Shown here piece after piece: positions 10,321 to 19,045 of a stretch of DNA of 64,000 nt; the first letter of the stretch is position 1; each line of letters begins with the position of its first letter. Source of the stretch: Promethearchaeota archaeon (GTDB taxonomy: Archaea > Asgardarchaeota > Lokiarchaeia > Sigyniarchaeales > SOKP01). The notes under the pieces are model-generated. The model was not told the origin of the DNA, made no database searches, and saw nothing but the letters and a program-made list of their open reading frames with translations. The position numbers and the translations under genes are program-made. The stretch lies in assembly GCA_011364925.1 (NCBI GenBank), contig RDOA01000005.1, forward strand, positions 1 to 64,000. Reading direction: 5' to 3'.

Positions 10321-11373
10321 ATGGCACTTGAGTTATGGTTTGAATTAATGATATTACAGACGATTATTGGGTATAGCTTTGCGTTAGCTAATGAATTTAT
10401 TGGATTATATAATATAAAAGATTTAAATCGCATGAAAAGCGATTTTGAGACTGTGAGATTTCATAAAAGATTTGGATGGATAGAAATTACAATTTTTTAT
10501 GCATTGTTCATCCAGTGTATGTACATGCTCTATAATCACATTGTAGCAGGAGACCCTAAGCTGTTTATTCCTTCTCCTTTGTGGTCGCATGTTTGGATTG
10601 GAGGATTAATCGCATTTATATTGGTGACCTTTAAATTCATCGTTGCACGGTTCAATAAGAATAGGATATATTTAGCTGGACAATACATAGGTCCAATTGG
10701 CTTTTTAGGATGGAGTTTAGCACACTGGACGAGTCTTTATAATTTTTATTTTGTAGTTTTACCAATTTGGAACACTCAAGGAATAGCAGCTATATTAGTC
10801 CCTAGTTCATTTTTATGGGCTTCAATTATCCCCTTTATCGTGGGGATAGGGCTTTTTGTTTTTGTGTTGTATAAGAGGGGTTCTGAAATGAAAAAGAAAA
10901 CTAGGTTTGCGTTTAATCAAATTGCATTTCTATTACACGGGGTCACTTTTGGCTACGAAAAGTCCGCAAAAGAATTATTGGGCACACCTGCTCTCTTTAA
11001 ATATGTGGTTCCGAGAACCTACGAATTTATTGAGAAAATGATGACGATCTCTGGATTGAATATGAGGAAACTCGAAAAATTGAGTTTACCTGACGCTTTG
11101 AAGGAATTTATGAGAATGGCAGAAAAAGTTGGAATGGCAGAAAAAGTAAAAATTAAATGGGAGTCAGAAAAGTCTTTTACTATAGAATCTATAAATTGTT
11201 CCACCTCTCAAGTGAGGAGTGTAATGAGTAAAGAAGAATTATCAAATGCAATATGTCCTTGGGCGATTTTTGCAGCTTCAATAGCGAATAAGATAACTGG
11301 TAAGGAATTAAGAATGGAACCCTCTGAATTTAATGAAATCGGAGCTATAACTAAACTAACTTTTATTGAATAG
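10321..11373 (+). CDS. Membrane protein with His-bearing TM domain and C-terminal V4R/MetOD1-like domain
   Basis: About five hydrophobic segments with His; C-terminal FTIESINCST...ICPWAIFAASIA pattern. Confidence 0.6.
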   Translation: MALELWFELMILQTIIGYSFALANEFIGLYNIKDLNRMKSDFETVRFHKRFGWIEITIFYALFIQCMYMLYNHIVAGDPKLFIPSPLWSHVWIGGLIAFILVTFKFIVARFNKNRIYLAGQYIGPIGFLGWSLAHWTSLYNFYFVVLPIWNTQGIAAILVPSSFLWASIIPFIVGIGLFVFVLYKRGSEMKKKTRFAFNQIAFLLHGVTFGYEKSAKELLGTPALFKYVVPRTYEFIEKMMTISGLNMRKLEKLSLPDALKEFMRMAEKVGMAEKVKIKWESEKSFTIESINCSTSQVRSVMSKEELSNAICPWAIFAASIANKITGKELRMEPSEFNEIGAITKLTFIE

Positions 11374-11428
11374 CATTCAATCTGAGTATAAAAATTAGAA
11401 ATTTAACTAAAAAAAAATAATTCTTATT

Positions 11429-11584
11429 TTATTCTTTTTTCAACTTCACACCTGTCCGTTGGATACCTACCTCTTTATTTGATGGTATTGGGGTACCACA
11501 ATGGTCCTTTTTAGCTTCATTAGCTTTAAAGGCTTTATCCAATTCGTCTTCTAGTTCTTCATCTGTGAGTTCTTTATTTGGCAT
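11429..11584 (-). CDS. Small hypothetical protein, 51 aa (not in ORF track)
   Basis: MPNKELTDEELEDELDKAFKANEAKKDHCGTPIPSNKEVGIQRTGVKLKKE*; TATA-like TTAAATA about 22 nt upstream; T-tract downstream. Confidence 0.65.
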   Translation of the reverse strand: MPNKELTDEELEDELDKAFKANEAKKDHCGTPIPSNKEVGIQRTGVKLKKE

Positions 11585-11704
11585 ATATTATAAAGAGAAC
11601 TTGACATATTTAAGGATTTTTTTTATAAAAAATTTATATTTGAAATTAAAAAGAGGAGAGAAGATTCTAATAAAAAAGAAAATTTAAATTTAATTTGAAA
11701 TTCT

Positions 11705-12085
11705 TCACTTTTTAAGATAAATCATAACTGCATTTTCCTTTTCAGCAGGACGTCTTTCAGGTACAATGACAAATTCTGAGTTTATTGTCTCATAATAATC
11801 TGATCGCATATACAAATTACAATAACATGTTCCAAATTCTTTAACATCATCGAAAGAATAATCACATGGACAAATTAAATCTCTATCTAGTTCCCTATTT
11901 CCCGAAGCGAGTCGGCAGGGACAAGACTGATACCCATAAGTTTTTTTGTTGAATACTAAACCGCTAATTAAATCTTCAAAAGCTTTTGAACTTTTATTCA
12001 AAATCCATTTGTTCTTCTGGCTTACCTTCTTTACATATTCTTTCATGCCATCTATGGTCTCCATATCCATTTTAATTTCCTCCAA
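11705..12085 (-). CDS. Ferredoxin-thioredoxin reductase catalytic-subunit family protein
   Basis: CPC...CPC...CYC motifs. Confidence 0.92.
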   Translation of the reverse strand: MEEIKMDMETIDGMKEYVKKVSQKNKWILNKSSKAFEDLISGLVFNKKTYGYQSCPCRLASGNRELDRDLICPCDYSFDDVKEFGTCYCNLYMRSDYYETINSEFVIVPERRPAEKENAVMIYLKK

Positions 12086-12389
12086 GATTGATTAATTCTT
12101 CATACTTACCTGGATTGTACCCTACAACAACTTTATCATCACATACAACGAAAGGATAAGATATTCTTTCTGGCTTGTATTCTTCTCTTAAATAAGTTAA
12201 TACTTTTGATTTATCACTTGGATCAATTGTATCTACGTCTACATATCGATATTTAATACCTTTTTCGTTGAGCCAAGTTTTGCATCGTTTACACCAACTA
12301 CAAGTTGATAAAGTGAAAATCGTCCAATTCTGGGAGTCTTTTTCCCCGTTAACTTCTTGGGCTAATTTTTCAATAAATTCTGGGAACAT
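12072..12389 (-). CDS. Glutaredoxin/NrdH-like protein
   Basis: TLSTCSWC, SYP cis-Pro motif, VVGY; overlaps the FTR start. Confidence 0.9.
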   Translation of the reverse strand: MFPEFIEKLAQEVNGEKDSQNWTIFTLSTCSWCKRCKTWLNEKGIKYRYVDVDTIDPSDKSKVLTYLREEYKPERISYPFVVCDDKVVVGYNPGKYEELINLGGN

Positions 12390-12447
12390 ATTTTACACCA
12401 ATTAATTATAATATTTTCTAATTTTATATTGTTTTTAGTAATTCTTC

Positions 12448-12894
12448 CTATTTATTAGCGAGATTTTTCTTCCAATTTGGATCTATGCATGCGATGGCTT
12501 CTTCAGTAAGCTTCTTTAGTTCACTTTCGCACGAACTTGATAGAATCCCTAATTGTTCTAAAGCCCTCTTATCTCCAATCTTCATCAAACTCTCAACAAT
12601 TAAAAATAAAAGGCTTTTATCTTGTTCAATTTCAGACTTTTCTAATTCTCTTTTCAAAATTTCTATTATAGCCATAGTAGCTTTAGCATCCTTTATCTCA
12701 CCCATAGCTTCAATTATTCGGTTTATGACTATTGGTTCTTCTTCAGACTTTAAAGCTTTGACTAATAAGTTTGTTGCTCGCCCATCTTTTAAATGTCCAA
12801 TCTGCCTTGCAGCAGACACGCGTTCCATTATCTTGCCATGAAATAAATTTTTTATAGCTAGATTATATTCGCTATCTCGAGAATTAGAATCCAT
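12448..12894 (-). CDS. HEAT/PBS-lyase repeat protein
   Basis: Repeated AARQIGHLKDGRA / EAMGEIKDAKA / ESLMKIGDKRA units. Confidence 0.85.
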   Translation of the reverse strand: MDSNSRDSEYNLAIKNLFHGKIMERVSAARQIGHLKDGRATNLLVKALKSEEEPIVINRIIEAMGEIKDAKATMAIIEILKRELEKSEIEQDKSLLFLIVESLMKIGDKRALEQLGILSSSCESELKKLTEEAIACIDPNWKKNLANK

Positions 12895-13063
12895 ATAAGT
12901 GTGTAAAATAGAGTAAGCATTAAAATTTGATTTTTATAAATTATTAAATCTAAGCATATTATTGGTTAATATTTATACAATTATACACAAAAAACATTTG
13001 ATATATATACGAATAACATCTTAAATATAATCTAGATAAAAACTAAATTCATTTAACATTACT

Positions 13064-14107
13064 ATGCCTGAAGAGGTAATCCTCTGCGTAAGCTATTTTG
13101 ATTCAATTTTGGGTCCTAATCTCCTTCATTGTAGCTCTCCATTAAATCCTCAAGAACATCCGGACTTAGGGCGAATTTTGGAGTTTACTGAGGAAGAAGG
13201 AAATTTCATTTTTACCTTTAGAAAGTATCAAACAATTAATCACATTTTTTATCTTGAATCGGAACTAGCTCGAGGGGGAAAAGAACTCTTGATGATAACT
13301 TATATGATTAGAGCTGCGTACTTCAAGGATGAAATAACTGATGTATATAATTATTTATTATCCAAAACTCCCGATCTCGAATCCTACGCTTCAGAACTCA
13401 AAAGTCTCCAAAATCTTAAGGAACTACTTCACGGTCATAAAAATCGAATAAATCAAAAAAAGATTTTAAATGGAGCTTCGAAACGGTTTAAAAAAGAATT
13501 CTTTAAGTTATTCGATAAGTATCTAGAAAAAATGAGTCCTCAGCTAGATTTGAGTTCTCATTTATTAGATAAAGGAAATTTAAAAAAAATATATGTCTTC
13601 GGACCGAGAAACTCCGGTAAAACGGAACTGGTTAAAAATTTAGAGGTAATACAATTCCTACAATATAAGAATAATAATAAAAAAAGAGATTTATCGAGTA
13701 AAATTTACGATTTCATAATTGATAATATCGAAGTTTTAACGTACGAATGTGTTGATAAGGAATCAGATGTCCAAAATATTAAAATGTACGAAGATTGTAT
13801 TGATAATGCTCAAGGCTTTATTTTAATCTTTAACGCTTCTAATAAAGATTCTTTAGAAGAAAATATAGATATGTTCCAGTTAGTATTAAATAGGTGTCAG
13901 GATAAGGGAGAATCCATGCCGATACTTATAATAGGGAATAAATTTGACGATAAAGAAGAATTAACACCCGATTTAATACTCAAGAATTTCGATATGGATA
14001 AGTTAACGGAATGTGGGCTGCTAATTCAATCTTATTCGATTAATGTCCTCAGTGATAATGACAAAATAATTGAAGCAGTTCGGTGGTTACTCCAACAAAT
14101 AATTTAG
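13064..14107 (+). CDS. Folliculin/uDENN-type longin domain fused to a Ras-superfamily small GTPase domain
   Basis: YFDSILGP and HIFYLESELARGG at the N-terminus; G1 GPRNSGKT, AQGFILIFN and G4 NKFD at the C-terminus. Confidence 0.8.
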   Translation: MPEEVILCVSYFDSILGPNLLHCSSPLNPQEHPDLGRILEFTEEEGNFIFTFRKYQTINHIFYLESELARGGKELLMITYMIRAAYFKDEITDVYNYLLSKTPDLESYASELKSLQNLKELLHGHKNRINQKKILNGASKRFKKEFFKLFDKYLEKMSPQLDLSSHLLDKGNLKKIYVFGPRNSGKTELVKNLEVIQFLQYKNNNKKRDLSSKIYDFIIDNIEVLTYECVDKESDVQNIKMYEDCIDNAQGFILIFNASNKDSLEENIDMFQLVLNRCQDKGESMPILIIGNKFDDKEELTPDLILKNFDMDKLTECGLLIQSYSINVLSDNDKIIEAVRWLLQQII

Positions 14108-14247
14108 TAAAGTTCCCCCCTGCATTAAAGTATTTGTTTTATAATTAATTTTTATGAAAAAGCGTATTTCTATTATCTTTCAACTTTTTCAATTTATAGT
14201 TTAGAATATAAACTTTTTTTATCGTAAATAATTATGTTACAATTACT

Positions 14248-14544
14248 ATGAGTAAAATGCAAATACCAATCGTAATAACGAAGGAAGACTGCCACAGGTG
14301 CCATGAATTAGTTGGTTGGCTTAAAGAACACGATGTTGAGTATATAGAACGTAATATTGACGACGAGGAATTTGTGCAAAAGTTACTACACGATGGCAAC
14401 TTCCTTAAAACTTTCTGTGATGCTGACGGGTGCATTGTAAATACACCAGTTGTCATTATGAACGGAAAATATTGGTTTAAAGAACTCTGGGGCATTTCGG
14501 GGCTCAGAGAAAGCGAAGCTAAGAAGCTTTTTGGTGTTAAGTAA
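14248..14544 (+). CDS. Glutaredoxin-like protein
   Basis: TKEDCHRC, NTPVVIMNG, plus an extra C-x4-C (CDADGC). Confidence 0.8.
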   Translation: MSKMQIPIVITKEDCHRCHELVGWLKEHDVEYIERNIDDEEFVQKLLHDGNFLKTFCDADGCIVNTPVVIMNGKYWFKELWGISGLRESEAKKLFGVK

Positions 14545-14572
14545 AATACATACGAACAGTTAATTTTAATTC

Positions 14573-15172
14573 TTATTTTTTAAACTCTGCTAATCTTTTT
14601 ATGACTTTTCTAATTGTTTTTAATCCAGTTTCATCGTTTTGAACTCCATCTTTACCTCTATCTTTACTCCATAATGAAGCACCTAAATTGGCTCCAAAGG
14701 CTCCTCCAGATACGGAAATTATAAGATTTTGTTGATAGAAATCTAAAATACTTCTAATGGCGATTTCTTGTCCTCCGCTTCGATCCCCTCCTACTGCAAG
14801 AGCGCTCCCGAATTTACCTTTAAATACATAAGGATTTTTAGCTATTAATCCACGACAGCGATCCAAAATTGTTTTTAATTGGCCAGAAAGATTTCCTTGA
14901 AATACTGGTGTCCCTATAAGCAAAAATTTGGCTTTTTCTAACAATGGATAAAGATTTTGAATGTCATCTTTGTTAATACATCCCTTTTTTTCTCTTATAC
15001 AGTAATCGCAGTGTGTGCAATACATTATTTCTTTTCCTCTTACTGTCCAGAATTCGGTTTCAAACCCAAACTTTTCAGAAGCGTAATTCAGAGCGTATTC
15101 AACAGCGTAATCAGTACCTTGTTTCCTTGGACTACCACAGATTCCTAAAAGCAGATTATTATTTTCCACCAT
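14573..15172 (-). CDS. Iron-sulfur flavoprotein (Isf)/flavodoxin family
   Basis: GSPRKQGT, CTHCDYC-x6-C, GTPVF, GGQE. Confidence 0.88.
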   Translation of the reverse strand: MVENNNLLLGICGSPRKQGTDYAVEYALNYASEKFGFETEFWTVRGKEIMYCTHCDYCIREKKGCINKDDIQNLYPLLEKAKFLLIGTPVFQGNLSGQLKTILDRCRGLIAKNPYVFKGKFGSALAVGGDRSGGQEIAIRSILDFYQQNLIISVSGGAFGANLGASLWSKDRGKDGVQNDETGLKTIRKVIKRLAEFKK

Positions 15173-15261
15173 AGTTATAATAAAGCATATTTCTTTCTTT
15201 ATTAATTATTTTTCATTCTGAACCAAAAAATGTTATAAATACTTGTTTATTACTAATTACG

Positions 15262-15915
15262 ATGGATTCACCCAAATCGAGTTTAGCTAGAATTAAGATT
15301 AAATTTCCAGACCAACTGTGGATTTCGGAAATTTTCAAGAAGTTTCGCGATGTGAGAATGGAAATTGAACACTTCCTTCCTTACGATTTTGAATATTCTA
15401 TTGGAAATTCAATTATAGAAATTACTCATTACAATATTGATTCAATAGTAGAGGAAATTACGCACCATAAATCTGTAATCGAAATGAGTGTGTTGGAAAA
15501 AGAAGAAACAAGAGTAAAATTTAATGTAAAAACGAGAGATCCGTTTTTATTATATGCAATAATCAAATGTGGCGTTCTTGTTAACTTTCCCGTCCGAGTA
15601 AGAGATGGATACGCTTACTGGAGATTAGTATCAAGTAGAGAGCGAATAGATAATCTACTAAATATTTTTGAACAAAAAGGAATTAACTATACGCTCCTTC
15701 GAATTGGGACTTCTCCTTATAGTGTTGACGATGAAAAGAATCGATTAACGCTGGAAGAATCCGCAATACTGGATAAAGCTATATCGTTGGGGTTCTTTGA
15801 AATTCCAAGAAAAATTTCGCTAGAGGATCTGGCTAACGAATTAGGGAAATCTAAGTCTGCTTTGTCAGTTAATCTTAGAAAGATAATCAAGAAAAAAGTA
15901 ATGTTTGAAATGTAA
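15262..15915 (+). CDS. Bacterio-opsin-activator-type (HTH_10) transcriptional regulator
   Basis: C-terminal LTLEESAILDKAISLGFFEIPRKISLEDLANELGKSKSALSVNLRK. Confidence 0.88.
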   Translation: MDSPKSSLARIKIKFPDQLWISEIFKKFRDVRMEIEHFLPYDFEYSIGNSIIEITHYNIDSIVEEITHHKSVIEMSVLEKEETRVKFNVKTRDPFLLYAIIKCGVLVNFPVRVRDGYAYWRLVSSRERIDNLLNIFEQKGINYTLLRIGTSPYSVDDEKNRLTLEESAILDKAISLGFFEIPRKISLEDLANELGKSKSALSVNLRKIIKKKVMFEM

Positions 15916-15922
15916 CACATTT

Positions 15923-16432
15923 CTAGTAATATGTCTTAATTTGTTCTGCCAAAAATTTCACGATATTATTTACATTAAAAGGCCATACATAAGAAAACTC
16001 AATGCTGGGATTTTTCTTCTTTGCACGTTCAATGGCTTCGGGGATGTCCTTTTCGGAATGTTCTCCTCCTCTTGTCATCATCGGAGTAATGACAATAATT
16101 TTTTCTGGATTGAACTTTACCGCTTCTTCAAAGGCTTCATCTAAAGAAGGAGAACAAAATTCGTTAAATCCAACTACAACACCATAGCCCGTTTGATTTG
16201 AAAGATTTTCTGCCATTTCTCTTGATGCAAAACTGTATGGATCATTTTCCTGAGTTCGCGGCCAATTACGCATTTTACGGTCTAATTCTTCAAATTGTTG
16301 TTGCATTTGTAGAGGTGGTGGTCCCGGCATATTCTCTAACCTAGAGTGAAGCATAAAATAGTCAAGTGTTTCTTTTTGAGGAAAATTATTAGGTGGCATT
16401 CCATGCATTGCAAGCACTATAATAGTTTTCAT
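15923..16432 (-). CDS. CbiX/SirB-type class II tetrapyrrole chelatase
   Basis: LAMHG, GFNEFCSPSL, PMMTRGGEHSEKDIP. Confidence 0.85.
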   Translation of the reverse strand: MKTIIVLAMHGMPPNNFPQKETLDYFMLHSRLENMPGPPPLQMQQQFEELDRKMRNWPRTQENDPYSFASREMAENLSNQTGYGVVVGFNEFCSPSLDEAFEEAVKFNPEKIIVITPMMTRGGEHSEKDIPEAIERAKKKNPSIEFSYVWPFNVNNIVKFLAEQIKTYY

Positions 16433-16579
16433 AATAATATTAATAATTCTTAGCTTAAAATTAAAATTATTAAAAATATCCTGAGAGAGTATGAATATCT
16501 TCGAGTATAATAATATTATAAATTAATTGAGGTAAATACCTTACATATTATAAAATTAAAAAGAATAAGAAAAAAAATT

Positions 16580-17359
16580 TTATACCCATTCTTCTTTAAG
16601 AATTTCTCCTTTAACAGAGACAACGATGTACTTTATAGGTACTTTTCGAGTTGCATTTTTAGCTCCTTCTTGAGCCAAAGCCAAAAGACCACCGCAACAG
16701 GGAACTTCCATTATGGCAACAGTAAGTGTGTTAATTTTAGCATCATCGATCAATGATCTAATTTTTTCTATATAGACTTCTCTACCTTGATCAAGTTTTG
16801 GACAAGCGATTGCTATTGATTTTTTATTCAGAAAATCTCTGTGAAAATCTCCGTATGAAAAGCCGGTACAATCAGCAGCAAGCAAAACATCAGCACTTTG
16901 ATAATACGGTGCTCGAGGATTGATTAAATGCATTTGAACTGGCCATTGCCTCAAAGCTGAAGGTATTTTTCCAGCTACTACTTCTGATTGTGATTCCGGT
17001 TCATCAAAAACCATAGTTTGAGCAGAAGGACAACCACATTGATGGCTATGCTCCGCAACAATTTGCTTGATTTGTTGAGTTTCTAGTGTTTTTATTGATT
17101 CTAGATGTTCCTCAACCGCTTCTTCATCAAACTCTAACGCTTCCCTTTCTATAATCTCAAGAGCACCCTCTGGGCACCCAGAAATACAGGCACCTAATCC
17201 ATCGCAAAATATCTCGTTTACAACTCTTGCTTTTCCATCAATCACTTTGAGAGCACCCTCTGCGCATTCTACTACGCAGTTTCCGCATCCGGTGCATAAT
17301 TCCTCGTCTATTCTAATAATCTTTCTAATTTTCGAGTTATGTTGTTTTGTTTCAGTCAT
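16580..17359 (-). CDS. 4Fe-4S dicluster protein with Cys-rich C-terminal domain
   Basis: CTGCGNCVVEC, CDGLGACISGCP, QWPVQ, AADC, CPKLD, MEVPCC. Confidence 0.88.
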   Translation of the reverse strand: MTETKQHNSKIRKIIRIDEELCTGCGNCVVECAEGALKVIDGKARVVNEIFCDGLGACISGCPEGALEIIEREALEFDEEAVEEHLESIKTLETQQIKQIVAEHSHQCGCPSAQTMVFDEPESQSEVVAGKIPSALRQWPVQMHLINPRAPYYQSADVLLAADCTGFSYGDFHRDFLNKKSIAIACPKLDQGREVYIEKIRSLIDDAKINTLTVAIMEVPCCGGLLALAQEGAKNATRKVPIKYIVVSVKGEILKEEWV

Positions 17360-17398
17360 ATCTAGATCAAATGGAGATGATTATATATTTTTAATTTC

Positions 17399-17421
17399 GA
17401 ACATGTTCTTATAACCTGTTC
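17399..17421. promoter_or_regulatory. Candidate operator: palindrome GAACATGTTC plus degenerate copy TAACCTGTTC
   Basis: Perfect 10-bp palindrome at 17399-17408 and an 8/10 copy at 17412-17421 in a divergent intergenic gap. Confidence 0.45.
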
Positions 17422-17482
17422 TCTTCATTATTTTAGGATTTATAAACAGAATCTTAAAAAATATGTCAAAACTAGTTAAATT

Positions 17483-18832
17483 ATGGAGAAAATTCTAATT
17501 ATAGGGAATAACGTTGGTGGCACATTTTCTGCTCAAAACATTAGATTTTTGAATGATGATGTAGAAATTGAGATTTATACTCAAGAGAGTTATCCTTATT
17601 ATTCGCGGATCAACCTACCAGAAGTTATATCTGAAAAAAAGAAATATGATGAACTTGTGGTATTCGATGATAGCTGGTACGATAATAAAAATATTAAGCT
17701 ATTTTTAAATCATGAGGCTAAAAAGATAGATCCTATCAATAAAGTTGTAGAATTTAACGGATCAAAAAAATTCGTAGAGTATGACAAGTTAATTTTGGCA
17801 TTAGGAAGCACTCCTAGTATCCCCCCTATCAAAAATGCTCAGGAGATGAAAAACGATAAGAAAGGAGTATTTACATTACGAAGTATTGATGATGCTTTAG
17901 AAATCCAAAACTTCATAAAATCAAACTCAATAAAAAAAGCAATTGTTATTGGAGGTGGTTTACTCGGTTTAGAATTGGCAAATCAAATCAACGATTATAG
18001 GTTAGATACTACTGTAGTGGAATTTTTTCCAAGATTGTTACCGAGACAGCTAGATGAAGAGTGTGGATTAATGCTAAAGGATGAGATTGAAAGTAGAGGA
18101 ATCAAGGTAGTTTTAGATGCTACTACTGAGGAAATACTAGGAAATGGAGCCGTAACTGGTATTAAACTTAAAGATGGTAGAATTTTTGAAGCAGGAATAG
18201 TTCTAATCCAAGCAGGAATTAAACCTACAATTGATTTAGCAAAAAATGCAGATATTGAAACCAATAGAGGTATTATTGTTAATGAGTATTTAGAGACCAG
18301 TGTAAAAGATATATATGCGGTTGGAGATTGTATTGAATATAATAATCAAATATGGGGTATCATACCTGCGTGTATGGAACAATCGAAAATCATCGCGGCA
18401 TCGATTATAGGTTCCAAGAAAGTCGAATATGAAGGAACTACTCCTAAAAATACCCTCAAAATAGTAGGTATAGATATGACTTCAATTGGAATAATAGATC
18501 CCTCCAAAGAAAAATCTGGAGGATGGGAAATTTTAAAAAAAGCTGATAAAGAGGATTGTTGCTATCAAAAAATCATACTAAAAGATAATAAACTCAAAGG
18601 AGCGATATTACTGGGAGAAAATAAGGCAATATCATATGTATATAACAAAATGGAAGAGGATGTTGATAAAGCAGAATTAAGAAAATTACTGGAGCTCTAT
18701 GTATACGTATGTAATAATTGTGGAATGGAATATGATGAATCAGAAACAGGTATTCCCTTTGATGAGCTCCCAGATGATTTTAAGTGCCCTGGTTGTGGTG
18801 GACCAAAAGAACAATTTACTAAAAAGGAATAG
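17483..18832 (+). CDS. NAD(P)H:rubredoxin oxidoreductase-like flavoprotein with fused C-terminal rubredoxin
   Basis: IGGGLLGLE, ETSVKDIYAVGD, C-terminal CNNCG...CPGCG. Confidence 0.88.
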   Translation: MEKILIIGNNVGGTFSAQNIRFLNDDVEIEIYTQESYPYYSRINLPEVISEKKKYDELVVFDDSWYDNKNIKLFLNHEAKKIDPINKVVEFNGSKKFVEYDKLILALGSTPSIPPIKNAQEMKNDKKGVFTLRSIDDALEIQNFIKSNSIKKAIVIGGGLLGLELANQINDYRLDTTVVEFFPRLLPRQLDEECGLMLKDEIESRGIKVVLDATTEEILGNGAVTGIKLKDGRIFEAGIVLIQAGIKPTIDLAKNADIETNRGIIVNEYLETSVKDIYAVGDCIEYNNQIWGIIPACMEQSKIIAASIIGSKKVEYEGTTPKNTLKIVGIDMTSIGIIDPSKEKSGGWEILKKADKEDCCYQKIILKDNKLKGAILLGENKAISYVYNKMEEDVDKAELRKLLELYVYVCNNCGMEYDESETGIPFDELPDDFKCPGCGGPKEQFTKKE

Positions 18833-18844
18833 GGTGGGGAAAAA

Positions 18845-18991
18845 ATGAGTATTCATAGGTGTAAAAGGTGTAATTATTTATATATTGACGAGGAACACGA
18901 AGTTCCTTTTGAACAATTAGGGGATGATTATAAATGTCCTAAATGTCGATCATCTCTACATTTTTTTGTTAAAAAAGATACACCAAAATAA
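18845..18991 (+). CDS. Rubredoxin-like small protein, 48 aa (not in ORF track)
   Basis: MSIHRCKRCNYLYIDEEHEVPFEQLGDDYKCPKCRSSLHFFVKKDTPK*; GGGTGGGG ribosome-binding site upstream. Confidence 0.8.
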   Translation: MSIHRCKRCNYLYIDEEHEVPFEQLGDDYKCPKCRSSLHFFVKKDTPK

Positions 18992-19045
18992 ACTTTAATA
19001 TATTAATCTTACTTTCTTGTTTTAACTAACTTTAGGTGGATTATT

